A stretch of DNA of 64,000 nucleotides, from positions 19,222,001 through 19,286,000 of the forward strand of contig CM052832.1 in NCBI GenBank assembly GCA_028534125.1. The letters are read 5' to 3'. A program made the position numbers and the translations under genes. Numbering within the stretch: position 1 is the stretch's first letter; every line of letters starts with the position of its first letter. The notes under the pieces are model-generated. The model searched no databases. It had not been told where the DNA came from and saw only the letters and a list, made by a program, of their open reading frames with translations. Source of the stretch: Lama glama (Eukaryota). Below, one piece after another: positions 12,040 through 24,538 of the stretch.

Positions 12040-12087
12040 AGACTTGGCATATTCTCGCAACATAATAGCTTCCTCTTCTTGTTGTAG

Positions 12088-12316
12088 GTTGACTGTTACA
12101 GACTCAGATGGAGCCACTAACTCTACAACGGCAACCCTAGTAGTCAACAGTGCTGTGGACCATCCACCAGTTGCCAACGCGGGACCAAATCAGACTATAA
12201 CTTTACCTCAAAACTCCATCACTTTGAATGGAAACCAGAGCAGTGATGATCACCAGATTGTTCTCTATGAGTGGTCCCGGGGCCCTGGGAGTGAGAGTAA
12301 AGAGGTGACCATGCAG
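12088..12316 (+). CDS. KIAA0319: KIAA0319 exon 10 equivalent
   Basis: ttgtag|G TTG ACT...ATGCAG|gtaagt; LTVTDSDGATNSTTATLVVNSAVDHPPVANAGPNQTITLPQNSITLNGNQSSDDHQIVLYEW...; 229 bp. Confidence 0.96.
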
Positions 12317-12391
12317 GTAAGTTCTCTGTCCTGCCTTCAGACATTTATTTGTCTGTCTGCCTGTCCATCTGTCCATGCATCCATTTATTCA

Positions 12392-12442
12392 CCCATCCAT
12401 CCATCCATCCATCAATCCATCCTTTGGTCAGTCGATCGATCG

Positions 12443-12482
<40 letters not shown>
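12392..12482. repeat. Compound tetranucleotide microsatellite (CCAT)n-(GATC)3-(TATC)9
   Basis: Seen directly. Confidence 0.9.
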
Positions 12483-12483
<1 letters not shown>

Positions 12484-14490
12484 AAATATTGGTGTGAAGG
12501 GGCAGTTAAATTCAGAAAATATAAATTTATAAAATTGTCTGATATATTACAACCATTAGAAGAATAGCTAACTCACAAGTTCATATCACTTCCCACCCTA
12601 TGGAAAGCCCAGAATAGCAATTAAGCAGGTCCTGTGTTGACAACTTGACCTTGAGGTTAGTTTGGGAAAAGTCTGACCCAACATTTGCTACAGAAATATT
12701 ATTTTTGTATTAAGAAAAGCCTTAAAAATAACCTAATCTAAACCTCATTATCAGAAAATTCCTTTTTATTTTGTTGGTCCTATGTTTAGAAACTTCATGT
12801 TACCTTTTCTGGATTCTGTGATCTCTTGTTCAGATCTTTTTGTGTTTACCTTTTGATTTGTTCAAATCTCTAATATATTTGTTTAAAGACAGAATAACCT
12901 TGAAACTTTGCTGGGTGTGCTTGCGTGCGTGAGTGTGTGTGAGCTGCCTGCTTCTTGTTTTGGTGATGGCCAGAACTATTTGTTTTTGTCGCTAACCAGC
13001 TTGGTATCTTTGAAGTCATGTTGTTATTTAGGAGTTTAACGGAAAAAAGATAGTACCTTATGTTGCCACCTTCCTCATTTCCTTTAAGCTCCATCTCACC
13101 AGTCCAAGACAATTTCTTACTAGTATTTGTTATGAAGTCAGACATTTCATGGAAACTGACCTACTTTACTCTTGATATTTCTGGAAAGTGCTTTGCAATT
13201 GGGATGAATTAAAAATGACTGATTGGGTTCATGGAACTTAAAAGAGCCATGAGTCCTCCAGATAGCCTTGGAGAGCACTTGGCATAGTGGCCATCTCTAC
13301 TTAAGGGTTGTGGCAGGTGTGGTGTTCACTTGGGTTAAGAATTCTGGCAATATAGTGAAAAATCAAACAACATAGAGAAATCTCCAAAAACAAAATGTTA
13401 GATAAAAAAGCAAGTTATAAAAAGATCATAGTAAATGACACTATGCATGTGAAGTTTAAAAAACGTGCCAAACAATGCTGTATATTTTAGTGTAAAAAAA
13501 AAAGAATTCTGATTTAGAGGGATTTGTTTACAAAACAAGAAGATAGGATATTTTGTCTTTCCTCAGTTAAAAAATATTCCAAATTATCTTTCACTTAATT
13601 GTTGTGAATTATGTGCTCAGAGTTAATGCCCCAGTGCATCCATGCCTGATGAACATGTATCCAGAGGAAGCCACTGGTCCAGGAACACAGAGCTAGCCTC
13701 CCTACTCTCCACACCTGCTGCCTGCTGCAGACACTCAAAGATTATCCACAGTAACAGTGTTACTGCCTTGCGGTTGATAGATTCAGATGTCAAAAAGGGT
13801 GATGCTTTTTATTCACTGGGATGCTCACCAAGATCAGCTCTTAAATTGGTCTAAAAATTGTGAAGGCAAGCAGCAGAGGCTAAGCTCTGGACTAGGGAAG
13901 GTCATTGAAGCCTGTGCCACTACCTGAATCATTTGGCTGTTTTGGAGGGGTGCTCAGTGAATTAGTCTGCTCAGTTCCCATTTGCCACAAGGTTCCTTTT
14001 TATTGTGTGCATAAGCAGTCACGTAACCATATTAATTTTTGAGGCAAGTACTAGGAAATTATACCTTCTCCATAGAGCACTTCAGGGAAAAAGTACTTTG
14101 CTTATTTAGTCAAAGTAGGGAAAAGGACTTTTTTTTATGCATTCTTAAAAGAATGCATTTCATATTTCAGAAGTGCCTCTTGTGATAACACAACTGATTT
14201 TCTATCAATTTTCCCATTAAAACTTAAAAAAAAGAACATGCAGATATATTTATCTTTAGGAATCTTGGAATCAGTTAAAGTAAATATAATAGAGCTTACA
14301 ATTAAAAATCCTTTTCATGATGGCATGAACTGCAAACATAAGCAATAATTGACAATATTACCAACAACACAGCAGCAATAAAATGAAAGGGTATTAATCT
14401 GAAGGCAACGAGTAGATAACTGCTATATACTCAACTAAAAAAATGCCTTATTGAAAAGTTTTATTGTCCTGGTATTTAAAAAATTTATTC

Positions 14491-14656
14491 TACAGCAAGG
14501 ACATACTGTATAGCACAGGGAACTATATTCAATATCTTGTAATAACCTATAATGGAAAAGAATCTGAAAAAGAATATATATGTACAACTGAACCGCTTGG
14601 CTGTGCACCTGAAACATTGTCAGGTCAACTATACTTCAATAAAAATTTAAAAAAAG
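14491..14656 (+). mobile_element. Lineage L1 3' stub
   Basis: actgtatagcacagggaactatattcaatatcttgtaataacctataatgg...caactatacttcaataaaaa + A-rich tail. Confidence 0.8.
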
Positions 14657-15092
14657 AAATACATGCAAAAAATGAAAAATTCAATTCAAAAGATAACAAT
14701 AAATGGAGAAAAATAACAAAAAATATTTTTGATTATAAAAGTAAAACAAATTTACTTCCTGTGGTTAAAAAAAAAAGCCTCAAATTCTGATAAAGTGAAA
14801 ATGCACCTTGACCTCATTCAAGCTCCATTATTTGAGATAATTACTTTTACGCGTTTAATGTGTGTATATCCAGAACTTTTCTGTGTTTGTATATATGCAA
14901 TATGTGCATGTAGCAATATCAACCATACTGTATTTGTTGTTTCACTTTCTTTTTTTTTGCTTCATAATGTGTCTTTGACATCTGTCCATTTTATTATTTA
15001 TAAATCTACTTTATTATTTTAAATGTCTTTCTTTTTCATAGTGTATCATGCTGGGTTTGGTTATTCCCTTGTTGATGATCACTTAGATTGTT

Positions 15093-15119
15093 TCCTTTTT
15101 TTTTTTTTTTTTTTTTTTT
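15093..15119. repeat. Poly-T tract
   Basis: ~25 consecutive T. Confidence 0.85.
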
Positions 15120-15252
15120 GCTGTTATAGGCAATGCCTCAGTTAGCATCTGTGGGTGAGTCTCCGTAATTATGCATATAGCCATATCTCTAGTGTAGACA
15201 CTAAGAAGTGGAAATGCTGGGTTGAAAAGTGCCTTCATTTAACACCTGAATG

Positions 15253-15654
15253 ATACCATATGGTATCACTTAAATGTGGAATCTTAAAAAATGACATAAA
15301 TGAACTTATTTACAAAATAGAAACAGACTCACAGACACAGAAAACACACTTACAGCTGTTGGTGGGGAATGAGGTGGGAAGGGATAAATTGAGAGTTCAG
15401 GATTTGCAGATACTAACTACTATATATAAAATAGATAAACAACAGGTTCCTACCACAGAGCACAGGGAACTATATTCAATACCTGGTAATAACCTATAGT
15501 GGAATAGAACATGAAGAGGAATATATGTATAAATGTATAACTGAATCACTATGCTGTACACCAGAAACTAACACAACATTGTAAATTGACTATACTAGTC
15601 AATTAAAAGTAAATTTTAAAAAATCAGGAAAAATTGAAGGAAAAAACCCCCAAA
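15253..15654 (+). mobile_element. Lineage L1 3' end with degenerate TSD
   Basis: ataccatatggtatcactta.atgtggaatct...A-rich tail; AACACCTGAATG (15241-15252) / AACATTTGAATG (15655-15666). Confidence 0.8.
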
Positions 15655-15893
15655 AACATTTGAATGGATCTTGCTATATTGGCTTCTAAAAATGCTATAT
15701 TAATTTATATTCCTTCAATAGTGTCTGAGGGTATCCAGTGGACTTTAGATCCCATTTTCCTGGGACATATACATTTTTTAAAAGCAGGATCTCCCTACTT
15801 AGTAAAAAGCATTAGTTTTCCATTATGCCATACTAATTACTCGTGCTGCTGTAATATTATTTCTTGTTCATTTTTGTATTTGCCATTACTTAG

Positions 15894-16017
15894 GGAGTAG
15901 AGACACCGTACCTTCATTTGTCATCACTGGAGGCAGGAGACTATACATTTCAGCTGATGGTGACAGATTCTTCAAGGCAACAATCCACAGCTGTGGTCAC
16001 TGTGACTGTCCAGCATG
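15894..16017 (+). CDS. KIAA0319: KIAA0319 exon 11 equivalent
   Basis: acttag|GGA...CATG|gtaggt; GVETPYLHLSSLEAGDYTFQLMVTDSSRQQSTAVVTVTVQH; 124 bp. Confidence 0.95.
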
Positions 16018-16655
16018 GTAGGTGAGATGGGAAAGGGGTTTGGCCCCAGAGATTAAAGCAGAAATGACGTCTGGGCTTCTGGGCTTCAGACAAGCCAGAT
16101 TTGGTGCAAATTCTCTAAGTCTTTGAACTATTAAGAAATCAGGGCTGCAGAAGCTGAATCTTAATATGAAGCCAGTTTTCTCTTGTGGTTCTGAATTATG
16201 TCCTGTGTCTCTAAATCATGGCACGAGGGACAGAGTGAGAGCCATCCCAAGTCATTCTGGGCTCCGATGCCGCGTTCCGCTCTGCTGCAAAGCTCGAGGG
16301 CATTCTTGAAGAGACTGGTGGTTACATGCGGCTTGATACTCAGATGGCCTGTGTCCAGACACTGGGGAGTTGATACAATTCCACTCCCTGACTTTTGAGG
16401 TCTTTTAAAGAACCCAAAGATGTATGTATTAGGGAACAGTATTTCTTGCTGTCTGTATCCCCAGTCTCAAACTCAGAATATTTAACTCCTGGGTCAGCTG
16501 GGAGACTGCAGTGTTTCACCCCAGGATTCCCAGAGGACATGGTACGCTCTAGTAGCTACCTGATCTGAACATGAGTAATTGGCTTAAATCAAGAAATCAG
16601 GGGATGGCAGACTTAATGCAAGGAGATACTTCTTCATGCCGTTTCTGTATTCTAG

Positions 16656-16788
16656 AAGACAACAGGCCTCCGGTGGCGGTGGCTGGCCCGGATAAGGAGC
16701 TGGTCTTCCCAGTGGAGCACACAACCCTGGATGGGAGCAGGAGCAGTGATGACCATGGCATTGTTTTCTACCACTGGGAGCATGTCAG
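16656..16788 (+). CDS. KIAA0319: KIAA0319 exon 12 equivalent
   Basis: ttctag|AA GAC...GTCAG|gtagtc; (E)DNRPPVAVAGPDKELVFPVEHTTLDGSRSSDDHGIVFYHWEHV(R); 133 bp. Confidence 0.96.
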
Positions 16789-17189
16789 GTAGTCAGCCCG
16801 TCTCATCACTGGGTGCTGGTTCACGCCCTGGCTGAGTGTTAATATTACCCTTTCCCTGGAGGGTCTAAATCAAACCATCAACTTGAGATTGTTCAGGAGT
16901 CAGAATTTAAGCAAGTTTCTAGAACTGGCCGGACACTGTTGATTGAAGACTACATCAGGTGTGGATGGACAAGTTGGGCATTCCTGACAGTGGAGGGAGG
17001 TGGAGCCTGGGGCAGGTGGACAGGGCAGTCTTGGTGTGAGGTAGGCTTCATGACAGAAGAGGTTCAGAAGAACCTGCTGTGGTTCTCGCGCAACTCGTCT
17101 ACACTCGCTCAAACCATCTGCGGTGACTGTAGACAACAGAAGTGCAGAGTTCAAGGGGTGCCTGTATCCTCTAACATTTTCTGTGCTTT

Positions 17190-17390
17190 ACATCCTTAAT
17201 CTCATAGAATCCTAGATCAGTTCTTAAGAGGTAAATAATAATATTATTCCCATCTTAAAGGTGAAGAGACTGAGACTTGCAGAGATGGGTGAGATCACCG
17301 GGCCTACGGTTGCCCAGGTAGTAAGAGCAAGGCTGGGGCTCCACCCTGGGCCTCTCTGCCTACAGAGCCCACGATCTTCATGACTACACT
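17190..17390 (-). mobile_element. MIR SINE
   Basis: attattcccatctta.aggtgaagagactgagac core; approximate. Confidence 0.55.
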
Positions 17391-17816
17391 GTAATTCCTC
17401 TCTCCGGTTACCTGGCTCATTCTCGCCTCTTCCAAGGTCTCCCGAAAGACAGCAGAGGATTTCAGCTGATTTTATTCAAAGAAGAAATAGGAGTAGTTTC
17501 TAAGGTTTCATTTTCTAAGAACAGATTGGTTCATTGACAGCTCAATTTGAAAAAACAAAAACAAAAAATCCCCAAATTCTCTTCCCAGGAATCCAGCAGC
17601 CTCTGTCTGAAATAGGCTTTAGCTTGTGACTCTTACACGGAACTAGAGAATATAAATGAATTAAAAGTGATCTTAAAAAAAAAGTGATCTTAGAATTCTC
17701 TAGATGGTATATATCATTGCTGTGAAAAGAAGCATTATAAGGACACAAACAACATACCTGCCGGCAGCAGAATCCCACACCTCCTGCCTTTTGTCAATGA
17801 CTGTCCTGTTTCATAG

Positions 17817-17965
17817 AGGCCCCAGCATGGTGGAGATGGAGAACGTGGACAAAGCTATAGCCACTGTAAGCGGTCTTCAGGTGGGTACCTACCACTTCCG
17901 TTTAACAGTGAAAGACCAGCAGGGACTGAGCAGCACGACCACCCTCACCGTGGCCGTGAAGAAGG
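17817..17965 (+). CDS. KIAA0319: KIAA0319 exon 13 equivalent
   Basis: tcatag|A GGC...AAGG|gtgagt; GPSMVEMENVDKAIATVSGLQVGTYHFRLTVKDQQGLSSTTTLTVAVKK; 149 bp. Confidence 0.96.
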
Positions 17966-20191
17966 GTGAGTCAGGGCAGAGGGCGGGTGGACCTGCCGGT
18001 GGAGGGAGCCGGGTCGCTGCTGCTTTCCAGACTGATGGACCCTAAGCCAGGCCGTGATTATCTGAAAATGTTAGTGTTAGGTTATCGGTTCACGGCAGGT
18101 GCCCATCCCTGCTTGGCTGAGAAAAGGCTACTCTTCTTCTGCCCCGTTAGCTGGTTTCCAGTCTCCCTCTGTGAGCGAACAGCGCTTCCTTTTGTTTGTG
18201 GAGTGTATCTTCTAATGGCTTCATTCTCCTTTGACCACTGGCAACTCAAGCCCCATGTCCAAGTGACACCATGATGCTTTGCTTTCTCTCTTCCTTGGAA
18301 ATCTCAGAGCAGAGATGTTTTCAAGTTCTGTGTTGTTTCTTAATGTGAAATGTAGGGTCTAGTCTTTTGCCATCTTGGTTTAGGTACTGATGTCTTTGCT
18401 GGTCCTTTGCGAGAGGCTGAAGCAATTTTTTTTAAACAATTTTCTTGTGGTATAATTTCTGTATTGTAAACTACACATATTTTAGATGTACAACTTGAAT
18501 TTTGGCAAATATATACACCTATGAATTTTATCAGCGAAGTGACATTGGTTTGAGTTTTTTCAAACACTTTATTATGGAAGTTTTCAGCCATATATAAAAG
18601 TACAGTGGGCAGCCTTAATGCACCATCATAAACTCATCACCCAGCTTCAGCAGTTATCAACATTTACCGGTCTTATTTCATCTATCAAGTTGTGTTTTCT
18701 TTTTATCTTGGTTGAAGCATTTTAAAGCAAACCCTAGGATCATGTCACCTGAAAGATTTGGATTTTTAAAAAGATAATGATTAATAGGAAGAAAGACCAA
18801 AGCAGGAGAATAGCAGGGACTTGCAAGAGTCTAAATGAGGGATGGTACAAGCCCTGTTTGAGGCCAAAATACAGGGAGAAGAGGGGAAAAAAAGAGGAAT
18901 GGGAAAGACATTTTAGAGCCTAAATTCTCAGGACTTGGTAAAATTCTGACTTCAGCATATGGGTGGATGCTGGCACAGTTATCTGAACTAAGGTTCATGG
19001 GAGAGCAGCGGTAGGTGTAGGGGAAGGGTTACACTCAGATTTGGATCTTTTGAGTCGGTGGTGGTGGAGTATCTGAGCTGCCTAGGGGAGCGTGGTGACC
19101 AGAGCTCAAGAGTCTGGGGATGTGTGCATAAAAGGAACTGATTGTCTTAATTTCTGGTTTTGAAGCTAGATGGGGTTTAGGTATTGTGTTGTTGTTTTTT
19201 TTTTTTTTACAGAGGGACTTTGGAGCTTACTCAATTTATTGCCTGACTATTTCTAATCTTTCTAGCCTTTCCCCATAACAGCAATGGAATAAAGCCTTCT
19301 CAACATCAGATGCTCCCCTGTTGTCCTGAGTCTTCCCCAAAAGGGGGTGGAATGGACAAAATGGACAAACTAGAAAAGGCACCAATTGTCTCTGCGCCAA
19401 TCTATGGTGTCTTTTCTCAGGTTGAAAGTGGCTGGTGACCTATGGGATGTTAATTACTCCCTTGGGTCAATATTTGGTTGTCCTCACCCATTTTCTATTG
19501 CTTGACTTATTTTTAGGAGGCATTGGCAAGGGGTCAAATTGAGTCCCAGAACTCCATCGGAACCCCATCTGACTTGTAGCATCCTCATCCCCAAATTGGG
19601 ACTATGTCTTATTATGGTCTCCCCATCACACCCCAGTCTGGCTAGATTCTCTCCAGCCCCTCTCTCCTGAGGCTGTAACATAGAAATGGCTCTTATACTG
19701 TTCATTATATTTGACATGCAGTCAGAGTGGTGAAATCTAATTATTTTTTGACACAAGTTCTTTATTTTACTTAGACAAGCAAGATTTGGCACTACTAGAA
19801 ACAAAAATATTTCTGGGTCCAGATAGTGTGGACCAGTACAAAATGATCCAGGATGTATTTTAAACCAAGGTATTTTTCACTTTCCAGACCCTGGACATAA
19901 GTAAGGTCATTATTTCTCTTTTTTAAGAAGAGAAACACTGTAATGATCATACAAAATGGCCCAAAAGTACAACTAGCTAAGTGCGAAGAGAGCTTTAAGA
20001 AAGTCTATATATTAATTTAAAAAAAGTCTATATATTATCTTCTGGGTATTTCAGCAGAAAATAATGCTTTCTGGACATTTTAAGCCTACGTGTCTGCACG
20101 ATAGAACAGGCATAGGTGTTTTATGACGCACTTCTATCACCAGTGTTTTAAATCAATTTCTTTGCTTTCGTTTTTGCTGTATTTGACTTAG

Positions 20192-20343
20192 AAAATAATA
20201 GTCCTCCCAGAGCCCAGGCTGGTGGCAGACATGTTCTTGTGCTTCCCAATAACTCCATTACTTTGGATGGTTCAAGGTCTGCTGATGACCAAGGAGTTGT
20301 GTCCTATCTGTGGATCCGGGATGGCCAGAGTCCAGCCGCTGGA
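20192..20343 (+). CDS. KIAA0319: KIAA0319 exon 14 equivalent
   Basis: acttag|AA AAT...GGA|gtgagt; (E)NNSPPRAQAGGRHVLVLPNNSITLDGSRSADDQGVVSYLWIRDGQSPAAG; 152 bp. Confidence 0.96.
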
Positions 20344-20389
20344 GTGAGTACTTGAAGAGAACTGCTCCTGGGCCACTTACCATTACGTC

Positions 20390-20855
20390 TGTGTTGGTTT
20401 GCTAGGGCTGCCAGGGCAAAATACCCCAGACTGGGTGGCTTAAATCACAGGCATTTGTGTTCTCCCGTTCTGGAGGCTGGGAAGCCCAAGTTCAAGGTGC
20501 CAGCCTGTTTGGTTCCTGGTGAGGACTCTCTCTTCCTGGCTTGTGTCCTTCTTGCTGTGTCCTCACATGGGAGAGAGAGAAGGGGAGAGAGAAAGCTCTT
20601 TGGTATCTCTTCTTACAAGGACACTAATCGTTTGGGATCAGGATCCCACCCTTATGACCTCATTTAGCCTTAAGTACCTCTTTTCTTTTTTAATGGAGGT
20701 ACTGGGGATTTGAATCCAGGACCTCATGCATGCCAAGCATGTACTCTACCACTGAGCTATTTCGCTTCCTACCTCTTAACAGACCCTGTCTCAAGTAGAG
20801 TAACATTGGAGGTTAGGGCTTTAATGCATGAGGCGACACATTTAAGTCCATACCA
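20390..20855 (-). mobile_element. MaLR solo LTR (MLT1A/B-like), interrupted by a SINE
   Basis: tgtgttggtttgctagggctgcc...agactgggtggcttaa...ttctggaggctgggaag.ccaag.tcaaggtgccagc; TG...CA ends. Confidence 0.8.
20683..20769 (-). mobile_element. tRNA-Ala-like camelid SINE (vic-1-like)
   Basis: Minus: atagctcagtggtagagtacatgcttggcatgcatgaggtcctggattcaaatccccagtacctcc; TSD TACCTCTT 20675-20682 / 20770-20777. Confidence 0.8.
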
Positions 20856-22284
20856 GTGTCACTGTTATGACCCCATCTCCCTTTCCATATTCCCTGCTAA
20901 GGTTATGCTTCTAGGTTTCCTCTGGGGGCTAGAGGCAGGAGCCTGCTGTTCGATTTGAACACACCTGAAACATCTGAAGTCCTTCCTGACTGTTTCCCTG
21001 CCCAGACTTTGGACAGGGTCTTAAACCATAGCCTGGAGGGACTTAGAGGCCACGTCTTCTCCTGGGACTCATCCTGCTCCTCAGCTTTCCCATTGTTCCT
21101 ATTTTGGTCCAAGGATTCTTTCCTGTCCCTCAACATTGTATCAAAAATGCCAACAGATCAAGGATTGCTATTCCCATTTCATAAGTATGGAAATTGAGAT
21201 GCAGAGATGGAAAGTGACTAGGCAAAGGTCAACTAACTCCTCCTTATGCAAACCAAATAGACCCAGGTTTCTAGCTCCTGGCATGTATTTTTCCCCATTG
21301 GATGACTCTGCCTCTTAGGCTGTAAATTTAGGTACATCTCCATCCCTGCTGTTGCTAAGGACTTGAGAGACGCAAGTTTACTCCTGGAGATGTACCAAAG
21401 GAGTGGTCACAGGGAAAAAACTGAGAATGCTTTACACTTTCTAAGTACCTCTAGAATAAATACTGTTCAACAAGGTGATAGATTAGCTTCTAAGTGTAAT
21501 TATAACAACTCCCTGATCAGAGCGCTTGTTACTTGTTACCTTTGGTTACCACCCTCTTCTGTTAGCAAGTTCTGAGCAGGGGTCTGGGAGATTCTTCTCA
21601 AATTCTCTGAGCAGAGATGTGTTGTCCACGGTGTTTGGAGCCTTGGCTGACATGAAGCTGTTCTGTGAGGTTTGCTTACCAACTAATTTGCCTTAGGGAT
21701 CAAACTGTGCAGTACTTTGTGTATTCTGGGATTTTAGCAGTTTTTTTCTTTGCATAATATCAAATTTACCACTGTATGAGTGGAAATTAAACTTTATGTA
21801 GTTTGTATATGTTGTAATGTTTCTTCAAATAAATCTCTCCTATAAATTTTTTAGTAAAGGTTCTTGGGTCATTTGAGAAGGTGAACATGATACACACTGA
21901 GGACACCCAAGATGAGAGTGTTGTAAAACTATGTTTGAAAATAAGACCCAGAAAACCCTTTAGAGAGGGTGCTTCATCCTCCACATCTTTGCCCTAATTT
22001 CAGTGGTTTCCCCCTCTGTGGGATAGAATTTGGTAATTCTGAGAGAGTCCTTAGGATGCTCAGCTCAGGAAGTAGTGTCTGAGGACTGTGCCTCCTGGTG
22101 CTTTAGAGGTGGAAGAGATGCTGAGGATTCTCCAGATCTTCAGCTAACCCACCTCCCTGCTTCCTCTTGTGCCTGCCCCTTAGAGGCATGCGTGTATGAC
22201 AAAGACAGGACACTGAAGTTGAGATCCCCCAAGGCCCAGACATTGGGAACTGAGTGTTGAGTTGTGAACCGGGTTCTTTCACAG

Positions 22285-22423
22285 GATGTCATTGATGGCT
22301 CTGACCGCAGCGCAGCGCTGCAGCTCACCAACCTGGTGGAGGGGGTCTACACTTTCCGCCTGCGGGTCACTGACGGTCAGGGGGCCTCGGACACGGACAC
22401 CGCCACGGTGGAAGTGCGGCCAG
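22285..22423 (+). CDS. KIAA0319: KIAA0319 exon 15 equivalent
   Basis: tcacag|GAT...CCAG|gtaagc; DVIDGSDRSAALQLTNLVEGVYTFRLRVTDGQGASDTDTATVEVRP; 139 bp. Confidence 0.96.
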
Positions 22424-23022
22424 GTAAGCTCCCGGGTTTCTGTGTCTGGGTTTGCGGGGCTGGTCTCTGATCCAGGTGTCAGCCTTTGGGTCTCTTTGGG
22501 GTTGACAGTGGAAATGGTGTGGGAGACCCCCATGGCTTCAGTTCCACGGGTCCCACTTTGAGGCTTTCTCTACACTTGGTTCTCTCTCCCCAGACAGAGC
22601 CAGCCTCATCACTCGTTAAGGAAAATTGGATCTGGCAGCAAGAATCCCTTGTCAGTTTGGTTTTCCTGCCAGAAGACAATGTCCTAATGAGAAGCGGACA
22701 CAAGGGCTTCATTCCTGGGAGCAAGAGGGAGGGCAGGTCCAGGGAGGTGGCCCTACTGACCCCCAGCGTAAACTGGGCAGTGCCCACGCTGCTTGGAGAC
22801 TAAATTCTCTTTCCAGGCCTGGGGAAGGGTGTGAGGGGCCGAAATTTCAAGTGAGCCCAGAGGCTGATTAGGCACATCTGTTTATCATCTGGAGAAAAAT
22901 TAATAGACAATAAGCTGATATAAAATAAGGAAGAAGTACTCACAGACAGTGGTCTCTGTGGCATTTATAAAATTTATCTAAGCCCTAAAACCCAAATGTA
23001 GAAGTTACTCATGGATTATCTC

Positions 23023-23800
23023 TTTTTTAAATATTTAAAAAATATTTTATTTTATTTTTTTTGAAATATAGTTGGTTTACAATGTTGTATTAATTCCTGG
23101 TACATAGCATAATGATTCAGTTTTATAAAATATATATATATGTTCCTTTTCATATTCTTTTTCATTATAAGCCATTATAAGATATTGAATATATAGTTCC
23201 CTGTGCTTTACAATAGGACCTTGTTTATTCTATATATAATAGTTAGTATCTGCAAATCCTGAACTCTCAGTTTATCCCTCCATCCCCTCCATTACTCCAC
23301 TAGTAACTATAAGTTTGTTTTCTATGTCTGTGAGTGTTTCTGTTTTCTAAGTAAGTTCATTTGTGTGGGGTTTTTTTTTTTTTGATTCCACATATAAGTG
23401 ATATCATATGGTATTTGTCTTTCTTTTTCTGGCTTACTTCACTTAGTATGATAATCTCTAGAAATGACATTTTGCTGGAAATGACATTATTTCATTCTTT
23501 TTTAATGGCCGAGTAATATTCCATTGTATAAATATATCACATCTTTATCCAGTCATTTGTCAGTGGACATTTAGGTTGCTTCCATGTCTTGTCTATTGTA
23601 TATTATGCTGCTATGAACACTGGGGTGCATGTATCTTTCCAAATTAAAGTTCTCTCCAGATATATGCCCAGGAGTGGGATTGCTGGATCATATGGTAACT
23701 CTATTTTTATTTTTTCAAGGAATCTCCATACTGTTTTCCATAGGTACTGGGCCAAACTACATTCTGACCAACAGTGTAGGAGGGTTCCCTTTTCTCCACA
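23023..23800 (-). mobile_element. Lineage L1 3' end
   Basis: T-rich head, ttgaaatatagttggtttacaatg..., extends to gggttcccttttctccaca. Confidence 0.85.
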
Positions 23801-23900
23801 GCAGGGATCACTTAAACTAACTCTTACATAGGCCTTGCTCCTTATATTTCAAATCAAGCCTGTGGTTTCCAAGTGGAAAGCCATGTCCTCTCTCTCCCAG

Positions 23901-24060
23901 ACCCTAGGAAGAGCGGCCTGGTGGAGCTGATCCTGCAGGTCAGCGTTGGGCAGCTGACAGAGCAGCAGAAGGACACCCTCGTGAGGCAGCTGGCAGTGCT
24001 GCTAAATGTGCTGGACTCGGACATTAAGGTTCAGAAGATCCAGGCCCACTCAGATCTCAG
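23901..24060 (+). CDS. KIAA0319: KIAA0319 exon 16 equivalent
   Basis: ctcccag|AC CCT...CTCAG|gtatga; (D)PRKSGLVELILQVSVGQLTEQQKDTLVRQLAVLLNVLDSDIKVQKIQAHSDL; 160 bp. Confidence 0.96.
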
Positions 24061-24474
24061 GTATGAGCTGCACACCAGTGTCACCTGAAGCTATTTGTTT
24101 CCTCTCTTGTTCTGTATTTTTCCACATATTTATCCCATTCCTATCTTTTTTTCCCTCAAAGGGCAGCAGTAAGGGCAACATCATTGCAGGTCCTTCCCAC
24201 GAGTCTCAGTTAATGTTTGCTGATTGAGAATGTTCTGAATGAAGATGTTAAGGGAACATCAGAGGAAGCTGGGTTTTAGTTCTAGTATCATCATAGGGTG
24301 TGCAAATGGTCTGGGGTATACACAGGGCATGTCTCACAGCTAGACTTCATCCCTGTCCCATGTTCACGGGGCTGAGACTTCTCTCAGTGTGAGAGGATCA
24401 TGGATTCTGGGAGTCTATGAGGTTCAACCTCTGCCTTGATTTCTTATAAGATTTATAATTTTAATTAACTTTTT

Positions 24475-24538
24475 AAAATAAACTCTTATCCAACCTTTGA
24501 ACAGTAAAAATAAACTCTTATCCAACCTTTGAACAGTA
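24475..24538. repeat. Perfect 32-bp tandem duplication
   Basis: AAAATAAACTCTTATCCAACCTTTGAACAGTA x2. Confidence 0.95.

Noticed and set aside
11975..12484. 169-aa ORF that looks like an L1-KIAA0319-repeat fusion
   Set aside because: Exon 10 with chance open flanks in antisense L1 and microsatellite; canonical splice sites bound the real exon.
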